Made by a program: the position numbers and the translations under genes. DNA of 64,000 bases, taken from Gekko japonicus. Taxonomy: Eukaryota. The notes beneath the pieces are model-generated. The model was not told where the DNA came from and did no database searches. It saw nothing but the letters and a program-made list of their open reading frames with translations. The stretch is taken from positions 1,666,024-1,730,023 of the forward strand of contig NW_015173677.1 in assembly GCF_001447785.1 (NCBI RefSeq), given 5' to 3'. Below, one piece after another: positions 1-12,090 of the stretch. Within the stretch, counting starts at the first letter, position 1; each line of letters starts with the position of its first letter.

Positions 1-558
1 GCGGCCACTGCCAAAGCAGCCTTTTGTCATCTACGGCTGGTGCAGTAGCTGGTCCCCTTCCTTAGCCATGGCGATCTGGCCACAGTGATCCATGCGACGG
101 TCACCTCGAGGCTAGACTACTGCAATGCTCTCTACATGGGGCTGCCTTTGTCACAAATTCAGAGGCTGCAGCTGGTGCAGAATGCGGCAGCCAGGTTGTT
201 GGTCGGTGTCCATAAATGGGATCACATCCAACCTGTGCTGAAAGCGCTGCACTGACTGCCTATAGCGTTCCGGATTCACTTCAAAGTGCTGGTGCTTACC
301 TTTAAAGCCCTATATGGCCAGGGTCCGGCATACCTTTCCCCATACAAGCCCCAAAGAGCACTTCGGTTGGGGTCACAACACCGCCTAGTGACCCCGGGTC
401 CTAAAGAGGCCAGGCTTGCTGCCACAAGGGCCAGATCCTTCTTGGTGGCGGCTCCTACCTGGTGGAATGAGCTCCCGGAGGAGATCAGGGCCCTGCGGGA
501 CCTCTTACAGTTCCACAGGGCCTGCAAGACAGAGCTCTTCCACCAGGCTTTTGAGTAG
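1..558 (+). mobile_element. L2-clade LINE, 3' part of ORF2 (degenerate)
   Basis: Translates as LATVIHATVTSRLDYCNALYMGLP...QLVQNAAARLL...LH*LPIAFRIHFKVLVLTFKALYG, the typical L2 post-RT C-terminus, with an in-frame stop. Runs off the window start. Confidence 0.9.
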
Positions 559-929
559 GAGCCACCGCCACCCCTGCAGGCAGTCGCCAGGGCCTCCCCG
601 GCTCTTTAGCACACTCTCCTGTAGAACATCTTTCCCTGATGGCAAAGACACTGGCTGGCTAATCCTATGGAGAATGAAGGAGAAAGGCCAACAAAAAAGG
701 AAACTGGATGGCAACAACTCTTAGATACGAACCGGTTACAAACGGTTTTTGAGAGGGTTGCTCACAAGACTTCAGAGCTTAGAAGGAGCATTGCTTGTAT
801 CCCCCTCCCCACACTATTTCCTCTTTCTCTCCTCCTGGCAGCTGCCATATCCTTACCTTTCCATGCTTTCTTCTCTGCTGCCCACCCACCAACCAACGTA
901 CCTTATATTTCCCCCCATCCTCCACTATA

Positions 930-1090
930 GTTATTATTTATTTACTTTTTATACACCATGCCTTTCTCCACAATGGGGAACTAAAGCAGTTAACATCACT
1001 CTCCTCTCCTACACTTTATCCTCACAACAGCCCTATGTGGTAAGATACTCAGCGTAGCTTGGCCCAAGGTGATTTATACCTGGGTTTCCA
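930..1090 (-). mobile_element. Old SINE fragment with L2-type 3' end
   Basis: ttta-rich tail, then tttatcctcacaacagccctatgtggtaag, a motif shared with several other copies in the window. Confidence 0.55.
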
Positions 1091-1660
1091 GATCCTGCAG
1101 CAAGCAGCTAGGCCTGGGTTAGTCATGCAGGTTGCATGGTATCAGGTTGCCCGGTTACAGCTGGCAAACCTGGCACTGATGCGTCTTCCCTTAGAGGCCA
1201 AAACAGCCCTGGAAAGGATCCTACCCCCATATCTTTTACTATCAGAAACCAAGGTTTGAAGGCTGGCATTACTGCTGTGTTTCCCTATCATCACCCAGGA
1301 TGGCCACTGGGAGGGCTTTCATTTCTTCAAGATACAGGCACTGTTTCTATTATTTTGGGATTAAAAAACCAACAACTCTAGTTTGCATGCTTTAGATCTC
1401 AGATTTTTCAGCAAACCTGGAGCTTTTGTCAGGTTTGTAAAAATATTTGCCTTGTCTGTAATCTCTGGATTGAAGAATCCACACCTTTGGCCATGTAGAG
1501 AAATAGATATATTGATGCATAACCCCTGCAGTGGAATGCAAGACATTCAGTACCCAAAGAAAACATTACAAGGAAGGCAATCAGAAATGTAAGTCCTTCA
1601 TGGTGCCTCACCATGCAACTGGGTCATATTTTTCCTGAGTAGAGACTGCTAGGAGAAGTA

Positions 1661-1869
1661 GGTAAAGGTAAAGGTAAAGGTCTCCCTTGCTCGAAAGCCA
1701 GTCGAATCCGACTCTAGGGTTGCGGTGCTCATCTCCGTTTCAAAGCCGAAGAGCCAGCGCTGTCCGAAGACGTTTCCGTGGTCATGTGGCTGGCATGACT
1801 AAACACCAAGGCGCACGGAACGCTGTTACCTTCCCACCGAAGTGGTACCTATTTATCTACTTGCAATTA
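1661..1869 (-). mobile_element. Sauria SINE, 5'-truncated
   Basis: (GGTAAA)3 is the reverse complement of the (ACCTTT)n tail. The body is near-identical to the 3' part of the full copies at 18283 and 25689. Confidence 0.9.
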
Positions 1870-2381
1870 TAGGGAAAGCTGAAGACAGGGGGCAGATAAA
1901 TGTAGGTTGGCTGTTGGATGGGAAGAGAGGAGAAAGCAGGAAAAGCAAAGAGGTTATGGTTACTTTCTAAGAAGAAGGAAATAGTGGGAGAGTAGAAAAT
2001 GAGATGCTCTTGCAAATAGTTGCAGTTCCCTTTCTTATTCCTTCCTAAAGGAGCAGCCATAAGTTGTGTTCTGGTTAAAAGAACCAGGAAACAGATGAAG
2101 GAATCCATTCCAGCTAGGGATCAGAAAATGACCTGTATTTTGCTTCATTTTATATTAATTTATATTTTTTGCTTTTCACTTTTCCCTGTTAATTTTCTAA
2201 CTATGTTTGTAGTATGTATGCATATTGGATGGTTTTATATGTAGTGTAAATGGTATTTATATGTAAAATCAATGTTGTATATAGATAACAAGATACACTG
2301 TGATTTATTGGTGTATAAATACCTTAGAAATATGAGTCCATTTTACAGAAATCTTCACGGTAAAGAAACAGAAAATGGCAT

Positions 2382-2911
2382 TGTCACGGCTCAGGTGGGG
2401 TGTCACCTGACACTGCCACCACTCTGGTTCCAGGCTCCTCTGAGAAGGCCCAGAGCACCCTCCCAGGCCTTTGGACTTCCCCTTTAGCCGAAATGAGCAT
2501 GAGGACCAGGCAGAATGAACAATGAAAATAGTTTATTTTATAGGAGGTTAAACAAACAAGGTGCAGAATAATAACAGTAAGTGGATAAAAAGAAAAGAAA
2601 TCAAATGCCGTAACACATCTAAATATATACTGTCCCTAGCTCACTATCTCGTGGCCTTAGACTACTTACCCTTCCCTCAGGATGAGGGTTTCTTCCCCAC
2701 AGCAGCCTCTCTTCTGGCCCTGTTCCCTGGGAAGAAGAACAGCTTTTTCTCTTGCACCAGTTCTTTTATTCCCCTGCCCTGTTCCCTATTGGTCAAAATT
2801 GGCACCAAAACGTCTGAAGGCCTTCTGGGGTTTGTAGGCCCAGCCTCCCCTACTGCTAGCCAGGCTCCTTGGGCCTAGTAGGCCTCTGGTGGCACAGCCC
2901 AGATCATGACA
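2382..2911 (-). mobile_element. Solo LTR (Gypsy/ERV-like), 530 bp
   Basis: TGTCACG...CATGACA termini and 5-bp TSD GGCAT (2377-2381, 2912-2916). AATAAA and CCAAT occur on the minus strand. Confidence 0.8.
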
Positions 2912-4287
2912 GGCATGTAAATGAAGAATCACTGGTTCAGTTTCCAGAAGGGAGAAGCAGAATGGAAATGGGTATTTTGTGGGCGCAACAAAAAGTTTGA
3001 GAAATTCAAAATCGTCTGACTGCAGTATTCATCTTCCTTAACTTAATTCTTATGACTGAAGTTTTCTTGTGGATATTAGTATCTGAAAGCCGAATATGAC
3101 TGTATTGTTACCAGAAAAAAACTAACCAGTGTTAACTATTAACCATTAGGATCATTAGTCTGCATTCATGCTGCCTTGAAATTGAATATTGACTAAATAA
3201 AAACCACGGGAGGCAATACCTGCACATCAAAAAGTTGAACAAACTGTTGCAAGTGTTACCATGAATAATCAGATTTCTATTACTTGTGACTGGTTTTTCT
3301 GCTCTCTCCAATTTGAAATGATTGCATATTGGAATCAGTAATAGAGGGATTTTTCAAGTGGAAAATTAGCCAATTTTGTTTTTTAAAACCAAACTGAGCA
3401 AGCAAGATTGAAAGCAGAATAGAATTATTAAGTGTAAAGCAGCAGTTCTTAAGCTGGTTGCAGACTACCATTTGCAAGTATGACTGATAGCAGAATAGTG
3501 TGATTAAGTGAAAACCAGTGAATCTTTAAACTGTGGTCTACAGACTGACAGTGATCTGATCACATTTACAGGCAGTATCCAAGATCAAGACAAAATTCAA
3601 AAGATCAAGTATATTTCAGTGCAGCTGGACTGGTCTCCAGAATAAATGTTAAAGGAGCTCCAGGTCACATACATTGGGTTCTCTTCTCTATTTTATCCTC
3701 CTAAGATGTTTCTGAGGTAGGTAAGGTTAGGCTAAGATGACCCAAGACCAGTCACAATCTCTTAGCCAAACTACTTCACAAATTTCTTGTGAGGATAGAA
3801 TAGAGGGCGGTACACTGTATCTGCCAACAAGAGCTCCCTGGAGTGGCACTGGGTAAAATAGGAAATCTTAATAGCTACTTGTGTAACTATCACTGTCTAG
3901 GAACATGGGTGGTAATGTAATAATGAATAACTGTAGAAGCATGAAAAAAAATATCAACCTTGTGCTGTTATTTCCACCTTAAAAACTGTCATGTAATTAA
4001 GAAATCCCCAGCACAGTGCCTGTGGGAGCCATGGTACCCACTGATATGTTTCTTGATTCTCACTGGTTTTCCCTTCATTGGAGCAGAAGGTGCTCCAGAG
4101 AAGTATAGGATACAGGACCGTGGTATCTTCAGGGAGTACTCATTTAGAAATATCTATCATCAACATATATTTGGTTTTGAGCCTCCCAACACTTCGTTAT
4201 TGTTCTTCTGGTAGTAGCCATTTTGTGCTTGCATCAGTGAAAAAGGCAAACTGTATTGTGAATTACTAAGAGAGGGACTGAGAATGA

Positions 4288-4522
4288 AAGAAGAAGAAGA
4301 AGAAGAAGAAGAAGAAGAAGAAGAAGAAGAAGAAGAAGAAGAAGAAGAAGAAGAAGAAGAAGAAGAAGANNNNNNNNNNNNNNNNNNNNNNNNNNNNNNN
4401 NNNNNNNNNNNNNNGAGGAGGAGGAGGAGGAGGAGGTTGGATTTCGGTTGGGGTCACTTGGGAATCAAACCCAGTTCTCCCAGATTAGAGTCCGCACACT
4501 TAACCACTACACCAAACTGGAC
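4288..4522 (-). mobile_element. Squam3-type SINE (internally deleted) with long (CTT)n/(CCT)n tail
   Basis: tRNA-like head ccagtttggtgtagtggttaagtgtgcggactctaatctgggagaac on the minus strand. The (GAA)n run spans an assembly gap. Confidence 0.8.
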
Positions 4523-4529
4523 TAATATT

Positions 4530-4626
4530 GCAATGCCCTCTGTAAAATTTTGGTTGCCATATCTCAAAATGGATCTTGCAGAGCTATAAAAAGTATAAAG
4601 TATAAAAAAGACAACCAAGATGATTA
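4530..4626 (+). mobile_element. CR1 ORF2 fragment (degenerate)
   Basis: VKFWLPYLKMDLAEL*KV..KKTTKMI matches VQFWSPHLKKDIIALEKVQKRATRMI of the CR1 at 61.8 kb. Confidence 0.6.
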
Positions 4627-7600
4627 CAGCACCTTTTTGCAGACATTTTTAATGATAGAAGGATGATGATTTTATGGATTTTAAATTGAGTATTGTAATA
4701 TGTTTTTAATATTGTAAATCTGCATTAACTGCAGATACATATATGCTGTTACCTTCCTTGAGCCTACAATATGGGCAGGGTGGGCTACAAGTCTAATGAA
4801 ATAAATAAATAAATAATTTTTTGCTTACAAAAGCCTGAAGTGTCTGGTAGGGATGTGTACCTGAACAAAAACATACATGAAAATTACTGTTTTGGGCTGA
4901 TACCATGATTTTCCAGAATGTTAACACAAATCCAGGATATTTAATATGCATATGAACTCAATCTCATCTATGCCTAGTAAAAGAATAAAAACATTGTTGG
5001 AGTTATCAAGATTTGTGAGCCAAAAACCCACACACATTATTTTTGTGCTTTCTAGATTTGGCTTCTCTAATAAACGCAATAAAATATGTTGCAATAAAAA
5101 TAGGCTTCACTCAGAAATAAGAAGTGATTGGGCTGCTATTGTAGCACTGCTATTCTTTCCCCCTCATTATATTTCATAATTACAAGTTACTCATTTCCAG
5201 TTGCAAAAGAATAGATTTTTCTTAATGTGGATCCAATGGATGAATAATAATCTTATCTAAAAGGAAACTCTTCCATGAAAAGTTCCAACTTCTAAAAAAG
5301 TTTCTAGCTCCTTATTGTCACAATGATCTAATGAACATCTAACATTCTGACAAATTTAATATGAGTGTCTTACTATAATAATTTACAGAGCTTACTTGTG
5401 ATGAAAGTGCATGGTAGGACAAAAATAAATTGTGCAGAATGAATCCATTAATGGACTTGCACTTCTGTCCATGTACCAGAACTCATAGAAGGAACTTTCA
5501 ACATTTTTTCACCATTTTTCTAGGTGCCTCCATCCAGTATTTCAGTCAGCCGATGAGTGCTCAAGCTCATGTACTGTTCTCTCTAGTTGTTATTCTTCAA
5601 ACATCACTCCCCCCCTTTTTTCACTCAGCAGAAAACTGAGCAGTCTTCCCCCACTAGTAAGGTATACAGAAGTAGCCATGACTGGCTTGAATCAGTAAAT
5701 CCTGTGCTGCCTTTGTTTTCCCAGAATCTGTGTAATCCTGATCAAAAGTTTAGTGAACATATGTATAATCCACGTACAGTGTACACTTGGTTTTTCTGTT
5801 TATGTCCATGGAATAGTGCTCATGTTACATTCAATGCACGTACGGCTGAAAGTGCGACCCCCCATTCCATTTGTAAAGTGAGTGCACACGGGCTCTTTCT
5901 TACCAAAAGATATATGGATGTTAATGTAGGTTGTACAGGTCTCCATCTGTTACATGTGAACAGAACTTATGCCTCGCCAGAATTCATGACAGATAGCTGT
6001 GTAACAGCATAAATATTCAAAGATGGCAAAGCTGCACCTGTCTGTTATGCACCTGTCACAGGCACAGGATTCCCACATGAACAAAACATTTCTATTTTTT
6101 TGGGCTAGCAGAACTCACTCTACTATTGACCCTGTTCAATAAAAATAGTGCCTATTACAGGTTCTTGTGTGGGTTACTAGACTAGGAACATCCAATGAAA
6201 GGAGAAATTGGAACCCTCAAATAGGACAATATCATTTTACCTCGAGATGTGACAAAGGTTGAAATTAGAGGGCAATGTTTTTGACTGATTTCCCTCAAAG
6301 AGCGCCCTGTATCTCTGCGGTGGAGAAATGCCAGACTATGATTTTTAACAATAGATTGCAGGAGGTTCCCCCCCCCCTCTTATTTATGTTATGGCTTACC
6401 TGGGAAACTGAGGTGCAGCTATGATGTTTCAGGCACTGCTGTTCTGCATTTTACTTTTACAATTTATTTAGTTATGTTGTTTCTGATAAAGAACAGTCTT
6501 TTGCCTCTGTTAGATCTTCACCTCATTTTGTAGAACTTCCCCTTTTCCCATTTCCTTTCCCTTTTTAGTCCAGTATTCAATACAGAGGTGCTGAGAATTT
6601 CAGAGGAAACATGATTGCAGGCTAAGCTTACCTTGATTCAACCCTTTGCTTTTATATGAGTTGAGCCCCTTGCTGGTTGTTGTTCAACATTTAACTCAAA
6701 TACCATACCACACAACTTTACAGCTGTGCAGTAGCCATTTGCAGTAAAAGGCCATGCCATGCCAAGAATTGTCCAGGTTTATTTGCATGTTCGAAATGTT
6801 TCTGTTTCAACATTTCTGCTGCATGGTGGTCACTTTAATATCTCAGTCTCTGTGTCTCTATGCTTCTGTGCATAGTGCTTCCACTTTCTGCCAAATCACA
6901 CCATTTCAATAGCTTTAGACTGGGAGCTCTTTCTGACTCTGTATATTTAAGGGCCCTGTTTGCCAGATCTAGTTAAGAAGCTTGTTGGTCACAGATCTGT
7001 TGGTGACCTCCCTTCCAACCAATCCAAATGTTCATTGCCTTAAATGAAATTTGAATTAGGCATGCTATCAAAGATTTCTTTTTCAAAGAGACTTTTCCAT
7101 ATTCCATTAAAGAAGAGAGTATCTAAAGTATCTAAAGTATAAAGAAGAGAAGATCTAATATCTTCATGCCAATTTGAAAATCATCCTAAATAACGGCTTT
7201 GTTGACTTTATTTAAGTTGTTAGGTGCCCCTTTGTAGTGACACTGGATACATTTTCAACAAACATACACTGGCTTGGCTCCTGTGGCCAATTTCCACAAA
7301 TGGAAGGGACAATTTCATTGATTCCCCTCCACACACTGCAGATCCTCAGTTTGTCCTCATGTTGTTCTTAGGAGCAGTATGTTGGGGAGGGCACAGGCAG
7401 GAAGTAGCATAGAAGTCCTGTTCCACTGACAGAAATGCCTTCTTTTAGAGGAGATTTACCATGGTATCAAAGCCATTGGATGCAAGTGTATACTTTGCAG
7501 AATATGTAGGGGGAAAATCACTAAAGAAATCTACTTTCTGGGAAATGGCATGTGGCAGTGATGCTGGAGATATTTTCTATGGTATAATCTAAAGTGAAAA

Positions 7601-9523
7601 AAACACACAGTCTCAATTTATAATTCTACTGATTCACTTCAGAAGCTGCCTTTTTAAAATACTGACAGAACACAGGAAAAAATAATAATGCTCCTAGCAG
7701 CCAACTTTGCATACTTATGCTACTGGAAGCAAGGTTAAAGATATAAATAGTGATCTTTGTAGAATGCCAGTTCTATAAATATAGGAGAGAAGAGACAACT
7801 TTACATTTTTCTCCTGTCAAGAATAGGTCTTAAATGGATGACAGTATATTAGGCAGATTTTTTAAATGCAACAGCAGTATGCTTGAATGGGCAACAATCT
7901 CCCTATTCTTGGGGAGATATTGAACCAAGACCCAATTATGTCATCATGCTGTTAATAGCACCACTGTTCTCAGAATGATGTTGTATCTTGAATTATCTTA
8001 AATGGGACAGATGATTGGCTTAATGTCCCATGCAGAGCAGCATATAGCAGTACAATGACCATTCTAAGGGCCATATCACAGAAGCATTTTCATAGCCTCT
8101 GGAAAATGAAACAAAGGCTCAGTTATAGAAATGTGGCCAGATCACTTGCTAAAGAGAGACCAAAATAAAGCTGGACATTATTAGTAAAGGGAGATACTCC
8201 ATTCTGGAATTCCAAGCATCTGCGTATAGTTTGCTCAGTCCCTAAATTGGAAAAAAAAAATGAGCCCAAACTGAAGTAGATAAATCTTTTGGAGGGAACA
8301 TTTAAAACAAAAACAAAAACATGGCAACCATAGTAACCAAACAACACACGTTTTACATGTTGCCATTTTTATACGAAGCAATATACTGTAACCTTGGGAT
8401 ATTTTAACTTGCAATATTTATGTATTCCTTAATGTTCCCCTTTACAATGCCAATAAAAGTATGATGATGATGATGATGACACAAGTCTTGGCTCTCATAA
8501 AATGCCATTATATACAAAACTGGGACTCCAGACAGAAATGAAAATCCTAAATATCAGTCTTCTTTTCATGTCTCATAAGCAAAGGGCATCTAGCCATTCA
8601 AAAGTATGGACAGGCACTCTAAAACGTAGCGTAACCCTACTAGATACATAGTTGGGGCAGATCTGGGTCTCCTAGTTTGAACACGGTAGTCCATGTATTG
8701 CTAGCTCCACACTAGAAAATATAAGGAATATTTGAACCCTTCAGAATGGTTATATGATGTTAAAGAAGAAGTTGTGGGGTGCAACCAGGGGCTGGAGAGA
8801 CAGAAGTGGTGGTTTGGTTTTGTTCTGAAGTTTTTCAAATGTAGAAATGTCTTCCTAAACAAAATTAATTTGAAATCTTTTGCTCCATTGCCCACTACTC
8901 TTTCACTTGCTTCTTAATGATCATATGGCACATTTATATAAAAGGATATAACCTCTCTATGCAAATCAGAAGGAAAATGAGGAAAATGTGGTGAATTAAG
9001 TAAGTTTGCTGTATACATTTAAAAGAAACAAACTGCCTTGATTATAACATTACAGTCCTTCGATTTTGCAGCTTATTCTACCATATTGTCTTCCAAATCT
9101 ACTTCTTCAGTACCTGCCTGGATTTTCTAATGCATTATTTTTCAATTTTCACCTTCACCCCTTATTCATGGCACAAATACTTGTCAGGTGCCTTTCTTTG
9201 TGGTTAACATCTCATGTACATTTTCAGTTTTAAAAGAAAGTCTGTCTTTTGCAAACTCTGGTCTTCAGAAGTGTCCCAGCTCCAACCCTGGCATATTTTT
9301 TTCCACTGGATGAAATAGNNNNNNNNNNNNNNNNNNNNNNNNNNNNNNNNNNNNNNNNNNNNNNNNNNNNNNNNNNNNNNNNNNNNNNNNNNNNNNNNNN
9401 NNNNNNNNNNNNNNNNNNNNNNNNNNNNNNNNNNNNNNNNNNNNNNNNNNNNNNNNNNNNNNNNNNNNNNNNNNNNNNNNNNNNNNNNNNNNNNNNNNNN
9501 NNNNNNNNNNNNNNNNNNNNNNN

Positions 9524-9780
9524 GGATTTATACCACACCCTTCACATGGAGTCTCAGAGCGGCTTACAAACTCCTTTCCCTTCCCCTCCCCACAACAGAC
9601 ACCCTGTGAGGTGGGTGGGGCTGAGAGAACTCTGACACAAACTGTTCTTTTTCAAGGACAGCTGTGCCAGAGCTTGTGACTGACCCAAGGTCACATCAGC
9701 AGGTGCAAGTGGAGGAGTGGGGAATTAAACCCGGTTCTCCCAGATTAGAGTCCGCGCACTTAACCACTACAAACCACTAC
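9524..9780 (-). mobile_element. Squam3-type SINE
   Basis: Reverse complement of the copy at 38548. The tail lies in the N gap. Confidence 0.85.
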
Positions 9781-11334
9781 ATGCAAACATTAAAGCCCTG
9801 GTTAATATTCCTAAACACAAGAGGCACATTTAAGCACATGAATAACATCTATCTAACCCCGCTGAAGTCAATGAACTTAGAAAGGTGTCACTCTACTTAG
9901 GATGGCACTATTGGGGCATACTAAAAGTCAATGGGAGAAAGTTAAAAATGGTTGGTGGGGAAAAGCTTAATTTTTTCCACCATGTACTTCTTCATGCAGA
10001 AAGGACTTCTCCTAATGTTGATGTTCTGTACAGATACCAAGGCTTTTCCACTCACACTTTATTTCCCTAAATTTCCCAACAAGAATGAATGTGTGAGTCT
10101 TCCATGAAGGATTCTATGTTGCTTAGTTTTTAAATAAAATTTCTCAGAATTGCAGTTTTTTCATTTTAAAAAGTCTGGCTTTTATAATGTCAGAGATAAA
10201 TTTTATTTGTTTGTTCATTTATTCAGTATACATAAAGATCATCTTCTCTTTCTCTAAAAACACCAAATGTGTAATAGGAGCATTTTTATATCATCCATCT
10301 TGTTTAAGCAAGGAACCTTTAAGATGATACTCAGAATGAGTATGGTGTAATGATTAGAATGACAACACAGTATTAAGGAGATCAAGGTTCTAATCACTGT
10401 TCAGCCCAAGCTGAGTTATTGGGAGATTTGGACCAATCATTCTTTCTCAGCCTAGCCTTCCTCTTAGGTTTCTATGAGTACAAATGTTTACACAGGGCAA
10501 ATGCTGCTAACCTCACATTGGGACACTGTACCAAATTCTGGTAACAAAATGTATTCATTTAACAAGCATTTGACCTCACAGACTTAGCAAGAGTAGAAAG
10601 TCTTAAAGTGTAAATGCTTGGGCCAGGCTGCATATCCCATCCCACAACCTTTGAATCACCAAGGAAAAGTCCTCAGGAAATTCTGCCCTGTGGACTTTCA
10701 CATTCCCTACTAGGGGAATGTGACCTCCCGGAATGGTCGGAAAGAAGCTGATTTTTGAGAGGGCAGTATGTCAGCTATGCTGCCATGGGGGGTGGGGAGT
10801 TCATTCTGTGTCTTGGTAATTGCTATTGCATTCCTATCTTTGCTGTTCTGCCTGTGCTGAAATGCTTATCTCTACAGATGTGCAGGAGGAGGTTGTACTG
10901 TCTGGAAGTCTCCTATGTACCGTGAGAGACTACTGCTTCCCAGCTTTCGCCACCTAACGGTTTCCTAGCTGGTCCCGCGCACGGGAGGGTAGCTAATTGA
11001 CCCATGCCATTGGGTGTGTGTGTGTGCATACGAATGCCCTATATCCTATTATGCTCAATGGGTTGCCGCCATTCTTAACAGTGCCTGTGTTACTGCATCT
11101 ATAGCTTTGCAATAAAAGTATAACCGTTCCTGAATGGCTTTCCTACAGCATCCTGCTTAATTTATGCACATCCTGAATTGTTTTTTCTTCTTTTTCTGTG
11201 ACCTTTCTCAAACCTTCTTTGCTGTGAAGTTTTGGGCAAGATATGAATTGCTGTCATATGCACGGGGAAGTTTTCCCTGATACTATCTGTGCCCTCACCA
11301 TTTCTTTCCTCAACCACCTGAGGGGATTGTTTTA

Positions 11335-12090
11335 ATTGGCAACTGAATATCAGTATACTGATATAACATTCCCTCTCATCCTACATGACCAATTTGAGAG
11401 CAATTGGCTACAAGTGGTCCAAATGTCCATTGAAAAGCTGGGTCCCCCCCCCAAGCCCTCCTGAATCTTGGAATAGATCGGGGAAAATTGCTTATTAAGC
11501 AGTGAGTGCTAGATTCGGAGAGGCAAGCAGACATTTGCAGTTCATCAAATTATTTTTCTCCAGCAAACAGTAGATATGTGGTTGCTCCTGCAGCCTATTT
11601 ATATTTTCTTGAATCTTATAATACCAGAAGGGCCTTCATCCTAGCAAGAAGCATGGCCTTGCCGTCTGCAGTAACAGAGGGACGGTACAAAGGGATCCTT
11701 TACGCGCTCAGGCTCTGCACTTGTTCCCGGACTGAAATAGAGTCTGTGGAGCATATCTTTTTAAATTGCTCTTTCCATACGGCAAGCTGAAAGGAAATCA
11801 TCGGCTCGCTGCTGGAAAGGTTCCCAGGTAGATCAAACAAAATTAAATTAGAATACCTATTGTCAGATAGGAATCATCATACATCAAGGCAGGTGGCTAG
11901 GTTCTGCGCCCAGGTATATAAGGAATGCAAAAAGCAAGGCAAATAGACCATATCTCTACTTTTATCAAAAATTGTTTTAAACTGACTTTTTAAATGGCTT
12001 AAAAGTTTTAAACAGTAGTTTTACCTGTTCCTTTATATTTTATATAATTTATAAGCTTTTATGTTACTAAGGTTTTTACTGGCTCATAAC
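11335..12090 (+). mobile_element. Non-LTR retrotransposon 3' end, RTE-X-like, degenerate
   Basis: PLILHDQFESNW...IKQ*VLDSERQAD...RRAFILARSMALPSAVTEGRY...RLCTC-EIESVEHIFLNC (CCHC-type knuckle), followed by a T-rich 3' UTR. The clade assignment is tentative. Confidence 0.65.

Noticed and set aside
4284-4589. Poly-Glu/poly-Arg ORF
   Set aside because: It is the translation of a SINE (GAA)n tail and an N gap.
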